DNA from: Octopus vulgaris
Taxonomy: Eukaryota
NCBI GenBank assembly: GCA_951406725.2
Contig: OX597828.1
Coordinates: forward strand, 36,580,001 to 36,644,000
Direction of reading: 5' to 3'
DNA: 64,000 bases
In this document: positions 24,830 to 38,818 of the stretch, piece by piece
Layout of the letters: the number at the start of each line of letters is the position of its first letter
Numbering within the stretch: position 1 is the first letter of the stretch
Notes under the pieces: model-generated
Told to the model about the DNA's origin: nothing
What the model saw: only the letters and a program-made list of their open reading frames with translations
Database searches by the model: none
Program-made: the position numbers and the translations under genes

Positions 24830-27800
24830 CAATAGAAAAGAGGAATTTCGAATTATCCCCACATGATGAGTTGTAATGTATATAAGAAAATAAAAAAGGA
24901 AAATACGCACACTTACATAGTTTTAATATAATTTTTAATATATCGACCGGTTTCGCTATCGCTATTCATGATATTATGCTTTACTTATTTTAATATGTAT
25001 TTTTGATTAAGAAGAAATTTTGTCCATGTTGTGTGTGATGAAATTCACGAGTGAATGACTTCACAAGTAGATAAATAAAAGGGAGGTAATTGGTTATCGT
25101 TATTATTGTTATTGTTGTGGGTAAGGGAGATAACTGTTCAGCTTTCGGTAATGGGAGGGGAATATATATTTACAAAGACAAGTTTCGAAAGCCTTGTTTA
25201 GTGAGGGGATTTATGTACAGTGATGTAATCGTGAATTGAAATATGTAAAGATAAAAGTTGGTTATGCGTGCATATTAAGACGTGTTCTGTATTTTTAAAT
25301 GAAAAACGTTTCTTTATTTAAACGTTCTAGTTGAGAGATTGTGTCTTTGCACTGGTAGAAGGGGAACACTGTGAAATTCGGTTTGGTGTTATCTGCACAT
25401 TTTTCTATATGTTCACTGAGAGGAATTTTCCTGTATTGCGGGAAACGGATTTTCTCTTTATGTAGAGTGGTTCCCTTTCTCACGTCATACTCGTTTGTCC
25501 AATATAGTTGTGTCCGCAACTCGAGCAGGTTATTACATAAATTAGGTTCTCAGAGGCACAAGTGAAACTAGTTTTAATTGTGAACCTCTGTCCTTGTTTG
25601 AAAAGGAAATCAGAGCCTTCAAGCAGGTTGGGGCAGGTTCCACAGTTTGGGCGTCCACATTTTTAAACCGTTGGTTTCGTGGTTGTTTTGTAAAGCTTCG
25701 CATTTGTTAGTAGTCTCTTTAGCGATTTGTCTTGTTTTTTGCATTTGATGAGTTTGTGTGTTTTCAGGATCTCGTTCAATTTTGGATGTCTAGTTAGTAA
25801 TGGAAGAGTTTGCACAATAGTGTTGAATGCCTCACTGTTTCTGGGGTTGTGTGTTGATATAAATAGTAATGTTTTGAGTGGAGGTGTGGTGTTATGTTTT
25901 GTTGTTCTTAGTGTTTTTGTGTCTAATTGTTTGGCACGTTTAATTCCCTCGTCGATAAGTGAGGGTGGATATTGTCTTTCAATAGGCGTTGTTTTGAGGT
26001 CTTGAAAACGAATGTCCCGAGTTGTTCTATCAGACACTATTGTGCAAATCCTTTTTGCCAAATTGAAAGGGATGTTTATTTTGATGTGTTTCGGGTGGCA
26101 TGAGTTAAAGAGAAGATATTGTTTTGAATCAGTTGGTTTATAATAAATGTCAGTTTTATTGCTAACTTTTTTTTTATCATGATGTCTAAAAATGGGACTT
26201 GTTCTTTGTTATATTCTATTGTGAATTGAATGTTACTATTTATATCATTTAGTGTTGATTTGAAGTCCAAAAGTTTGTCGATGTTCTCCTTCCAAATGAT
26301 AAAGCAGTCATCTAGGTATCTCTTCCAATTTCTCTTATGTAGAAGTAAAATGGGTAACCATATTTCTGAAATGATACTTCATATAAGGTGAATTCGAAAT
26401 AACCCATTATTAGGTTCGCAAGAACAGGTGCTGCTTTCGTTCCCATCGCAATTCCGCATTCCTGACGATAGTATGTGTCATCAAATAGGAAATAATTGTT
26501 CTGAAGTACAAATTTTAAGGATTCAATAATAAAGATCTGGTTTATGCGTTCCGGGAGAACTTCGGGGTACTTTTCCAACCAGAATTTAATTGCTTTTATT
26601 TCATAGTCATGGGGGATGTTGGTGTAAAGATTGATAACAGCGAAGGTAACCAATATTGCTTCTTCATTAATTGTTTTTGGTAGTGTTCTAGCATGTCTAA
26701 ATCATCTCTAATGAAACTTTTGATGTATTTCAGCAAGGGTTTCAGTAGGATGTCTAGAAAATTGTTTAGGCGGTAGGTTTCACAGGCTGGCCCAGCTACA
26801 ACGGGTCTTAAAGTTAAGTCTTTTGGCATTTGGATATTTATATATTTGCCTGGTGATTGTTTGCAGGCTTCATTGATTATCTTGCTCTTGTGTATTTTAG
26901 GAAGGCCGTAAAAAAGACAGGGTTTACATTTGAAGTTCGTGATGTAGTCTGTTTCTTTTTCTGTCAGGCCTTTTCCATGTAGAAGAATTAAGGATGCAAG
27001 ATTTTTCATTGTTTTTTGTTGTTTATAGTTTATAACTTTTTCGTAGAAGGCCTCGTTTTCTAGTATGGATAGTACTATTTTTTTTATAGTGTTCTGTGTC
27101 CATCAGAACTAGATCACTTCATTTGTCTGCTTCTTTAATTGTCAGGTCTTTGTCGTTTTGTAGTGCAGTCAGATTTTTCCATTCTAGATTGTTGAGGTTC
27201 GGATTAATTTTTCGTTTATTAGATGTGTAGGGGAAATTTTGGATATGGTTGCAGAAGTCATCCAGTGTTTTATTCCTACCCTTATGTGGGAGGTAATTAC
27301 TTGTTTTTGACTCGTGATTCATCTTCGTTGTTGTAGTCAGTTAGTGCTTCTGCGAGTCGTAGTTTTCTGCAGAATTCCGAAATATTGTCTTTAATTTCAT
27401 TATGGTTAGCTCTTCGTGGGGTTGGAGTGAACTTTAAACCTTTGGCTAGTATATTGATTTTTGTTATAGAGAGAGTTTTCTTTGATAAGTTAATCACTTT
27501 GGGTTTCTCCTGTACGTGTGTCCCTGTTTCTCTCCGCTTGGAATAGAAAATGTTTATTGTAATTTGGTCGGGAGGGGTAAAGGGTGTTATTATTGTTATT
27601 AATTAAATCCGTATTATTAGCACTTATTATATTCGGATTGCTAGGGGGTTGGTGTTGCTGCCTGGGTAAACTGGTTGGGAGCACGTGGTTAGGGTTTCTT
27701 CGTTGGAATGAATTGTTGGGGTGCTTAATAATGTTGTTCTTCGTTGAGAGGTAAAGGGAGTCTCTTGGATATTTCTAGATGCTGGGTAGATAAAATTATT

Positions 27801-28462
27801 ACTCCTTACTCTAGGTTGGTTTCTTCTAGTGTTTCTAATTGATTAGTAGTTCCTTTTATTAGATAGAGAATGGTTTACTTCTAGGCGTTGGGTCAGTTTT
27901 CTGTGTTTGTGTTCTTTTGGATTTTGATTGTTTGATCTAGGTGGATGTGTATTTATTTTTGTAGATGCATTTGTTCTGGATTTTTTTAGGAAGGGGTTAT
28001 CTGAAGTGTAGTCTCTTTGAAATTGAGCTTCATAATTAAGGAAGAAGTTAACATTGTTTTCCCATCGTTGCAGGGAATTTATTTCTTCCGTCTCACAGCT
28101 GTCTTTCCATAGTTTTATAACGTTTTCCAAAAGTTGTCCATCAGTATGTTTAGTGAGATCGATGTGCATTTCCTCATCGATCTTTTTGTATTTTTGTTTG
28201 TTATTCGATGCTCTGAGTTTGAATAACTCAATCTCTACTTTCATTTTTTTTTTCTAATGCTAATTTCTCCCTAAGTTTCTTTTGCTATTCGGGTTTTTCT
28301 GGGATTGGTTTAATCTGCAGTTTGCGTGGTAGGATTAAATGTGTTGAGTTAATCCATTTTTCATAAATTTCTGCTTTATTGCTATTTTTTATCATGTTCC
28401 AAAATGAGAATTTCCCAGTGTTGAGATTTTGGGACCAAATATGGCTAATCCGACTTTTAATC
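24830..28462 (-). mobile_element. Penelope-like element (RT + GIY-YIG), decayed, Neptune-like Cys linker
   Basis: Frameshifted segments INLS...LAKGLKFTPTP, FYGLPKIHK, LYTNIP, GIAMGT, DDCFIIW, IPFNLAKRICTIVSD, CGRPNCGTCP, FTCASENLIYVITCSSCGHNYIGQT; (TA)n at both ends. Confidence 0.92.
24940..24974 (-). ncRNA. Degenerate minimal type I hammerhead motif in the Penelope 3' terminal repeat
   Basis: atatc-ATGAATA-gc gata gc-GAAA-ccgg-TC-gatat; two core substitutions versus CUGANGA. Confidence 0.5.
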
Positions 28463-28469
28463 ATATATA

Positions 28470-28538
<69 letters not shown>

Positions 28539-28611
28539 AATATTAGGGAATAAATCCAAACTTACTGGGAAAAATCAGATTTAGGATTGAATCCAATTTT
28601 ATAGTAAAATA

Positions 28612-28800
28612 TTATATTATATTAAATTAGAGACAAAACCACTATTAGGCAAATCAAACAATGAAAAACTTAAGCCAATACATATGATTAATTTATATAT
28701 TTAAATAATATAAATTAATCATATGTATCATATGTATTGGCTTAAGTTTTTCATTGTTTGATTTGCCTAATAGTGGTTTTGTCTCTAATTTAATATTATA
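28612..28800. repeat. Long near-perfect hairpin next to the Penelope 5' end
   Basis: aaattagagacaaaaccactattaggcaaatc...gccaatacatatgat is inverted at about 28727-28795. Confidence 0.85.
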
Positions 28801-29109
28801 TATATATATATATATATATTTGATTTTTATCAAGGAGGTTGCAATAGAGTTTTTTGGACAAGTATTTTTGACATCTCCCTACCGCATCAGGGTAGAGGGA
28901 TTTTAGCGTGTGATGCAGGAATGGTGTGATGTGTAATATTTAAATGTGTTCTGGTGCTGTTGTGTATGAGTGGTTGCTTGTTTTTATGTCTTCCTCTGTT
29001 AAGTTTGTTTTCGTGTTGATGTATTCCATCAACTCTGTATTTTTCGTGTTGAAGGCATTGAGCATCGCTGGTGCATCTGTTATTGTGGTGTTGGTGTTGT
29101 TTGTGCTAG

Positions 29110-29340
29110 TGTCAAAACCTCATGGAAGTGCATTTAAACCAACACCTGGGAAATGCAAGCACAGGACCGCTTTGACTGAGGAAGCTGCAATAACAGAAGT
29201 GCCACCCCCGAACAACAGAATAGGATAGCAGGAGCAGAAAGAAACCATGAGCTGCGCATGTCCAGAGCCAACTTCTTACCTTCATTCTCAGCAGACCACC
29301 AGTGTCCGACCTGTGGCAAAACCTCCCGAGCTCACAGCTG
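29110..29340 (+). mobile_element. RTE/BovB-like LINE C-terminal remnant
   Basis: HGSAFKPTPGKCKHRT...CPTCGKT remnants. Confidence 0.4.
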
Positions 29341-30821
29341 GATGAACCTTAACCAATCTTCTTCTCTCAATTGACCCGTCTTCTTCCTTGGTCATCGTCG
29401 ATTCACTCTCTCGGCTGTACCCAAGATGAGACGTTCAACTTGCATTATGTTCTATTTATTCAAAAAATCCTGTGGGTCAAATTTTATTCTCAACTCAACT
29501 GAAGAAAACGGTTTTTTACATGATGTAAAATGTTCTTCATCAATAAAGAACACATCTGAAACAGCTGCAGTGACCTTCAACACAATTGTGTTGTTTTTTT
29601 TCACCACTTGGAACCAACCTTGCGTTAGATCTTGAGCCTAAAGTCGACTGTGGAATGCATGTACACTTGTCTAGCTTAGCGTACATATTGTGTATTCGGT
29701 CGGTACTTGTGAGTGTGTGCATACCTGGGGAGACATATCTGCATTCACCTTAGTAAGTACGTGTATGTCCGTGCACATTGTTACGTGTTGTCCGTACACA
29801 GATGCGCTACCCCCGACTCTACCTTGGCACCTATGCTATTTAAATACCTTAATTCTATCGAATTAGTGTCTGAATGCGTGCGCATAAGTATTTGTGTCTG
29901 TGTGTTCGTGTGTGCGACAGAAGGTGTATGCATATAAAACAGAACACAGAGCATAAGATCAGCATATTGAGTTAAGATGGAATTAGTTCACCAGATCGTA
30001 AGTGAGGTACAGATTAGTAACAGTTCTGTAACAGGATGTTGGGGTCACAAGGCAGAATGCCATTTAAACACATGTCGTGTAGCGGTTGTGGTTTCAATGC
30101 CGTGCCGAGTCTCTTGATACAGGAACTTCTTTCAGGTAGACTGGAGCTGTTTCCCCCGGTGAAATATTTACAACAGCGTGGGGTTTAGGCCTGAGCGAGT
30201 GCTGTGTACGTATTGCTGAAGTCGACGGAGATGGAGACGACGTAGTTGAAGGACGACGTTGTTGACGGCCGTGGCAGAGGGTGACGACGTCGAGATGAAG
30301 GCGACAGAGATAGAGAGCGTCCTGTCTGTCGCTGGTGTAAGTTAGCGTCGTCATGGCTGGTGCAGGAGCATGGTTGGCTGGCTGGTCGTCTGTCGCTAGA
30401 ACTGGAACATGGCTGAGTAGCTCTGTGGTCAGTGATTAGACCTTTGAAGGTCTAGAGGCAAAGACGATGTTTCTTTATTATCCATAAAGGACTATACATA
30501 GATGGGGACGGTACAATCGGGGAACTTAAAATAACAAAAGAGGATGAATAAAGACGAAGAAATTAAAAAAAGAATGAATTATGATAAGATATTATAATGA
30601 GGCGCAATTCCCACTCGAGTGGTTACATTTCGTCAGTCTTTTCCCATAATTGGTTTTCTCAAAGATTACAACTGAATTTTACAAAATTACATATCAATTT
30701 CACAAAATTACAACTGAAGTTCACAAAATTTACAAAAAAAAAAAAAAATAAATTTCACAGAAATTAAAAAAAAAAAAAAAATTTTCGCCAACATAGAGCT
30801 TTTCGGCACTTTTTCATAATT

Positions 30822-32917
30822 TCAGAGATATTCTATTTTTCTTTTCAGCTCCTCATAATCCATTACGGGAGGTGGATGATCCATCAACCGACACCTCTTA
30901 TCTCCTTGTATTTTCTTTCTGGCGACCTCGATGAAATTGGCGTAACTGTCCGCAGGGACTAAAACACCAATCTCGTCTTCGTTATACTTGGTTCCCATCC
31001 TTACTCTTGTTACTCCCTTCATTCTCGATCCTTTTTTCTCTTTTTCATAGGATCTTTTGTATATTACAAATGCTCCATAAAATTTAAACGTATCATTACC
31101 TTTGTTTTCCGCTGAGTCTTCCCTCGTCTTCGATCTTTTTCTACTTTTGGGACTGGTAGCTCCTTTGCTCTCTTCCTTTGGTTTTTATATTTCTCTCTTC
31201 TTGTTGTCCTTCTTGTTTTTTTTCTCTGAACTTTGTCTTGTCGCTATTGTTTCTTTTGCTCTTTTTGTTCCTTTTCTGTTGTCTCTTTACTTTGTGTAAA
31301 TTCATATAATAGACACTCAGTCCTTATATGTCCTCTTGTTCCGCACAGATAACAATTGGGTCTTCTTCCCTCGACAATAATGTTTATCGTCGGTTCATTT
31401 TCAACTTTGATCTGGAAGAGGATTCTCTCTACGTCTTCTGTTGTGGCTGTAAGCCACATTTCGACTCTGAATCCCTGCAAGTTTAACGTAATTGTTTCAG
31501 TAACTGGACCTAGTTCTGGTTCGTCTTTTGTAAACCCTAGAATCGCTTCCACCAGCTCTTCTGTTTTTATTTCCGGTGGTATACTCGGAATCTTAACCTT
31601 GATACTTCTTCTTCCTCCATAAGTGGGTAACATTGTAAACCTTTCTGTTCTTAAGATAGGAGTGGATAGCGAGGCCACCTCTTCACTTGTGGCAAACCTT
31701 ACCTCCACCGTACCGAGCTTCTTCCCTCTGTTGACGTATGTTGCTCTTATCATTATGTCTCCGAGACACTTTTCTATTTCTTCTTCTGATATTCATACTA
31801 TTTTCTTTGTGTTCATATCTTGAGTTTTATATACAGGGTGTCCATAAAGTCTCTTTACAATTTTAAAATTTTATTAAAAAGGCAGTTGACAAGATATCTT
31901 AACCAAATTTGTTTTATTGTAATAATTGTTTATTAAAGTTTTTTTTTAACTGTTATTTAATAGACCTCAATATGGGCACCATTAGTTGCATGAAGCACAT
32001 CAAGATAGTACTCGATTTCTTGCCATGTTCACTGTAGGATAGCCTCATCAACGGTGGCAATGGCATTACGAATCCTTTGCTTCAAGTCAGCGATAACCCG
32101 TATCTTTGTTTGATACACGATATCTTTTACATAACCCCTTAAAAAGAAGTCCAAGGAAGTGATATCTGGCGAATGCGGTGGCCATGGAATTGGCCTAGCC
32201 CTTCCAATCCATTGGTTGGAAATGTTTGATTTAGGAACTGACGAACATGCCGTCCCCAATGTGGTGGTGCACCATCTTGCTGGAAAATGATGGTTGGTTG
32301 TAAATCAATCAGTTGTGGTGCCACATATTCAGTCAGAAGGTCGAGGTAAACATCTGCAGTAATTGTTGCCTCGTTGAAGAAAAGTAGACCAATTATTCGA
32401 TTGCACATGATTCCACACCACACATACACAAATTGAAGGATGAAATGGTGGATCTCTTCCATACTTAGTTCTGTAGTTTCGTTGAGTCTGAACATCCGAT
32501 TTTGTCTGAATAAACCAGGACACACATTGTGCCTTTTCATGAGGAGTAGCCATTTTATAGGGGTTCAGTGAATCAGTTTCCTTCCATCAACAGAGTATCT
32601 GAAACACAAAAATTTAATATCAATAAAAACTTTAATAAACAATTATTAAAATAAAACAAATCTGGTTAAAATATCTCATCAACTGCCTTTGTAATAATTT
32701 TTTTAAATTGTAAAGAAACTTTATGGACACCCTGTATAATCGTTTTAAGGTTCTTATCCTCTGTTGTTTCTGCTGGAGGTATCAGCTTGATGCATTCTCC
32801 TTTCCTTCTCATATACTGCTCACATCTCTGTATTTCTTCTTTATCAACTATAACATTGTTTTTAAAACCCATTGATACGATACTTCTTGTTGCAGCAACC
32901 CTCGCATAGGTATCCAT
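30822..32917 (-). pseudogene. Tx1-type ORF1 (CCHC zinc knuckle), disrupted
   Basis: MDTYARV...KTII|YKTQ...TYVNRGKKLGTVEVRF...CYLCGTRGHIRTEC; removing the transposon and one TA restores the frame; a few stops remain. Confidence 0.85.
31834..32734 (-). mobile_element. Tc1/mariner DD41D-type transposon, internally deleted
   Basis: TIR cagggtgtccataaagt..., TA TSD; HTH N-terminus MATPHEKAQCVSWF; FQQDGAPPH...WPPHSPDITSLDFFL with 41 residues between the Asps after correcting a 1-nt frameshift. Confidence 0.88.
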
Positions 32918-33354
32918 AGGAGGGACGACATCTTTTCTTTCCCCTAAAATGAGAAAAAAGAACGGCAAGCAGCAGCAAGCGCCTCGCGCGATTCGTTCTC
33001 GTTACGACTTTTTTTACAACTTTTTCCCACTTTTTCCCATTTTTTCACACAAAAGACGTAACGTCTTGACATTTCGAGTTCACGTCTAGAGCCGAAGACG
33101 AATAATAGTCTGTCGATTCCGCCTTTTTATAGAGTTAAGGTGGCTCAAATGAAGCATACTTTATCCGAAGGCCGTGATTGGTTGGCTTACAGTCTGGCGC
33201 GAAATAAGTCGAAAGACAAACTACGCCAAATGCCAACCAATCAGAACAGTGGACACAACAGTGTCAAACTAGCCAAAGATGGTTGTCATCTAGCAGGAGA
33301 TCATTTCTAGTATGTCTCTCAAACAGTGAGGATATCAGTTACGCTACAGTCAGA

Positions 33355-33556
33355 ACACCGAGCGAAATGCTTAGTGGTATTTTGACTGTCTTTATGTTCT
33401 GAGTTCAAATTCCATCGAATTCGCCTTTCATCATTTTGGGGTCGATTAAATAAGTACCAGTTACACACTGGAGTTGATGTAATCGATTTAATCCGTTTTT
33501 CTGTCCTTGATTGTCCCCTCTATGTTTAGCTCCCTGTGAGCAATAAAGAAATAAAT
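33355..33556 (+). mobile_element. SINE family B with Tx1-type tail
   Basis: Same central domain; tail attgtcccctctatgtttagctccctgtgagcaataaag. Confidence 0.8.
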
Positions 33557-33958
33557 ATCTTTACATACATATGCATGTAGGTATATATATACATATACAT
33601 ATGTATATATATATATATATATGGTGACCCCCTTCGGTCAGACACAGACCATGGGTTTGCACTCAGAGAGCCACCCTCTGAGGCACAAGTCTGGGCAAGG
33701 TTGGTGTATGGAAGACCAGCAGTCGCCCATGCATACCAGCCTCCCCTCTCCACGCCACCAGTGTTATCCAAGGGAAAGGCAAAGGGGCCGATACAGCTTG
33801 GCACCTGTGACGTCGCAACTCATTTCTACAGCTGAGTGAACTGGATCAACGTGAAATAAAGTGTCTTGCTCAAGAATACAACACGCAGCCCGGTCCGGGA
33901 TTCGAGCTCACAACCTTACGATTGTAAGCTCGACGCTCTAACCACTGAGCCACGCGCC

Positions 33959-34024
<66 letters not shown>

Positions 34025-34028
34025 TATT

Positions 34029-34062
<34 letters not shown>

Positions 34063-34065
<3 letters not shown>

Positions 34066-34365
34066 AGGTGCAATGGCCCAGTGGTTAGGGCAGCGGACTC
34101 GCGGTTGTAGATCGCGGTTTCGATTCTCAGACCGGGCGTTGTGAGTATTTATTGACCGAAAACACCTAAAGCTCCACGAGGCTCCGGCAGGGGATGGTGG
34201 CGATCCCTGCTGTACTCTTTCGCCACAACTTTCTCTCGCTCTTTCTTCTGTTGCCCTGCTCGCTTAGCCAACGGGATGGCGTCATTTGAAGGCTAAAACA
34301 ATGCGAAGCGCATTGTGACCAGCGATGTGTAGCAACATCTGATAGCCTGGTCGGTCACGGTGACG
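34063..34365 (+). mobile_element. tRNA-derived SINE family C
   Basis: Head and 5' body nearly identical to the 17027 copy, with a different 3' half. Confidence 0.82.
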
Positions 34366-34429
34366 GTGATACACACACACACACACACACACGTACACAC
34401 ACACACACACACGTACACACACACATAAG

Positions 34430-35200
<771 letters not shown>

Positions 35201-37019
35201 TGGAGTGGGAAGAGGTATGAAAAGCTGCATTAAGCTACAAATAATTCCTATCATATGTAACTATTAGCAACTTATCAAAATATATATTGTGATTACTCTT
35301 TTGACTGCGGCCATGCTGGAGCACCACGTTTAGTCGAGGAAATTACCCCAGGACTTATTCTTTGTAAGCCTAGTACTTATTCTATCGGTCTCTTTTTGCC
35401 GACCCACCAAGTTACGGGGGACGTACACACACACCCCAGCATTTGTTGTCAAGCGATGCTGGGGGGGGGCGGGGACAAACACAGGCACACAAACACACAC
35501 ATATATATACATACATACACATATATAAAACAGGCTTCTTTCAGTTTCCGTCTACCAAATCCTCTCACAAGGCTTTGGTCGACCCGAGGCTATAGTAGAA
35601 AACTGTACCCATATATGCGTGTATATATACATATAGATGTAAGCATGTACATATATGTATGTATATATCACCGTGATCACTGTGACCGACCAGGTTATCA
35701 GATGTTACTACACATCGCCGGTCACAATGCCCTTCGCATTGTTTTAGCCTTTAAATGACGCCACCCCGCTGGCTAAGCGAGCAGGCCATCAGAGGAAAGA
35801 GTGCACCCACGCCGTGTGCACGCACACACACGGGCACATACTCAGTGCCAGCACACGCAGGGCACAGGTACACCCAACATACATGGACACGCATGCGAAC
35901 AGACACATGCACACTGGCGCACGCGCAGCACATTAATGGACATTAACCACACACATACGCGCACACACGGGCGGGCACACATATACACACACCATCCTAC
36001 CCCCAAAAATTCTTTAAACAACACACATCTATTTACACCACCCTGGAACCAATCAAAAACAGCCCCCCACACACAGAGACACATGTATACATGTATATGC
36101 ACACACACAGAGACGCACACACTCACACCAATCTCACCTCCATACAGACACACATATACACACGCAGCACCATGTCAAATGCCATCCACACACATACATG
36201 CATACGCACGCACACACACACAACACCATGAGAACCACACACGCGGTTGACAAACAGACACCTTCCTACCAAATATTACAGACACACAGACACATCTATT
36301 CACACCACATATGTATGTATGCACACACACATACACACAAAGACACACATACTCACCTCATTCTGACCCCAAAATCATTGATGCTTGAAGGAGAGCCAAA
36401 AAAAGAAAAAAAGAAAAAAAAGGGTACATTCTTTTCAATTCCACATTTCTCCTAAAACGGACAGGTTAGTTCTAACTTCACCACTATAATAATGTAAATC
36501 TTTTTGAACTCATAATATTCTGTATGTGTATACTGAACTTTTTTTAATAATTCCTCCTGGAAATTACCCTGAGATGTATAATATATTTGTTTTAATCTTT
36601 TCTGCCCATTATTTCAATGTTAAACTTTTTTATATTCTCAACATACTGTTGTCACCAAAGACTGTATATTTATATGGATTATAGTACTCTGTGTCAACCA
36701 ATATTCTGTGCATGTTTGAATATACAGATACAGTACCAATATCAATTCCTTCTGGAAACTATCTTAAGTATGTCCTTGAGAACGATTATTTATGTAATCT
36801 TTTGTGCCCAATATTTTAAGGAACTTGTTGAACTTTTTTATGTCCTTAACACGTCCCTGTTACCAAAGACTGTATATCTATATGTAATGTAGCAATTTGC
36901 AACAACCAATAATTAACGCAACCAAACTTCCACATGTTACTTTTGACAATCTTTTTCCAAAGAGTGAAACCGGTAAAGTAAATAAACATCTTTTAAATTG
37001 CATTTTCAAACCTTCTTTC

Positions 37020-37078
<59 letters not shown>

Positions 37079-37081
<3 letters not shown>

Positions 37082-37758
37082 CTAATGTAGGATAACATTT
37101 TTTTCGGGAAAATTTTTATCAATGGCCAGCATATCAAAAAATACCTTTAAAGGTTCAATTTATAAATAATTTACAAGATAAAGGCAGAAGAAAAATTCTA
37201 ATGCCAAATATGCCGGTTTGTTTCGAGACGCATAAATTATAATGGTTATCGACAATTTTTTGTTTCGGCATATTTGGCATTAGAATTTTTCTTCTGCCCT
37301 TATCTTGTAAATTATTTATAAATTTAACCTTTAAAGGTATTTTTTGATATGCTGGCCATTGATAAAATTTTTATCCTACATTAGTTATAAATTTAAATAG
37401 TGTTCACTTCCGGATTCTATCACTCTGTGAAAGTTTCTAGTTCGAATCACACGTGTCTTGAGATGTGCCGAAGATTTTTCTATTTTGGATATATTTGGGG
37501 TACTTAAGTCTGCTCAGGACTTAGAGCTTGCGTTTTCCATGGGTATGAGTAAGTATTTCACTTATATCTCGCGTATTTGCCGCTGAAGAGGAGAAAATTT
37601 TCTTATGAATTAACCCCGAAATTGGACCAATACAGTATTAACGAATTTTTAAGAGATTTCTATCGGTTTGTTTCGAGACGCATAAATTATAATGGTTATC
37701 GACAATTTTTTGTTTCGGCATATTTGGCATTAGAATTTTTCTTCTGCCCTTATCTTGT

Positions 37759-37765
<7 letters not shown>
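37079..37765. repeat. Inverted + direct repeat module (Penelope-type pLTR junction) between (TA)n tracts
   Basis: 37079-37215 is inverted at 37266-37389; 37214-37315 is directly repeated at 37663-37764. Confidence 0.75.
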
Positions 37766-37819
<54 letters not shown>

Positions 37820-38570
37820 AGTGTATCTTGCATGCATGAAGTGGATTCGATCCACCGTGGCCAAATTTTAATTAACACATCAACAGAACTTTTCCCACAG
37901 TGGAACAATGATTTTTCTCTGACAGCAGTTTTACAATTTCCAGATTGCCCTTAGCTAGGCTGAAATAATGTCTTTACCACTTACCCTATCTAACATCTTC
38001 TACTTCACCAAAAGCTAGGGGTAGAGATAACAAGACCATCAACTAAATCTTTTGTTCTCAATGATATATCTATACTTCTGGATACTTGTAAAAGCAAGAA
38101 CACTCCAAGCAAAAATCAGTAGGTGACGACTCAACGAGTGCAGTGACATAGTGACGATTCAGTCAGTTAGTCACCTTAGTGAAAAAGAAGTCTGGCTGAC
38201 CAGCTAGAACATTGGTCAGAGGCAGTAAAATGAAGTTTTCTGTCAGCCACTGTGAGACAACGTCCCACACCCTACAGCTCTCACTAGCTCTAATTCTGTT
38301 CTCTTACATCATTCTATCAATATCTGTGGATTACTACCAATAATTTGTGTACGCCAAACCATGGAAAACATTCAACCATATCTAACTTTATTTTGCATGC
38401 TCTCGGATGTTATAACCTGCTCGTCGAGGTATGGATTTTTTCAAAGTAACAGTGAATAAACAGTTTCTTAAAACTTCATGCATTGTTCATCTTTCACATC
38501 CTACAGTATGCAATTGTAACAACAAATCTCTCCCGCTACAAATTGGTGACCCTCGACTTACTTTATCGTG

Positions 38571-38644
<74 letters not shown>

Positions 38645-38785
38645 TTATATACTTTCTCACTTCCCGAGCGTTAAACTAATACATCTGTTTGTTGTTTAAA
38701 CACCCGTCTTCGTCTTTTGTTTTTTATACATCTATATACATGTATACATGTATATAAATGTATACATGTATACTTATACATGTAA

Positions 38786-38818
<33 letters not shown>

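Larger units (their letters stand above)
30468..33083 (-). mobile_element. ORF1-only (HAL1-like) non-autonomous Tx1-type retroposon
   Basis: ORF1 homologous to the ORF1 at 47095-47985; no ORF2; Tx1-type 3' tail at 30470-30520; flanked by gtctagaggcaaagacga / gtctagagccgaagacga (16/18). Confidence 0.75.
30027..33348 (-). mobile_element. Possible solo LTR (about 0.7 kb once the insert is removed) hosting the ORF1-only element
   Basis: TGTA...TACA ends; TATAAAAA at 33131-33124 and CCAAT boxes near 33178 and 33238; TSD not convincing (gttc/gtca). Confidence 0.35.
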
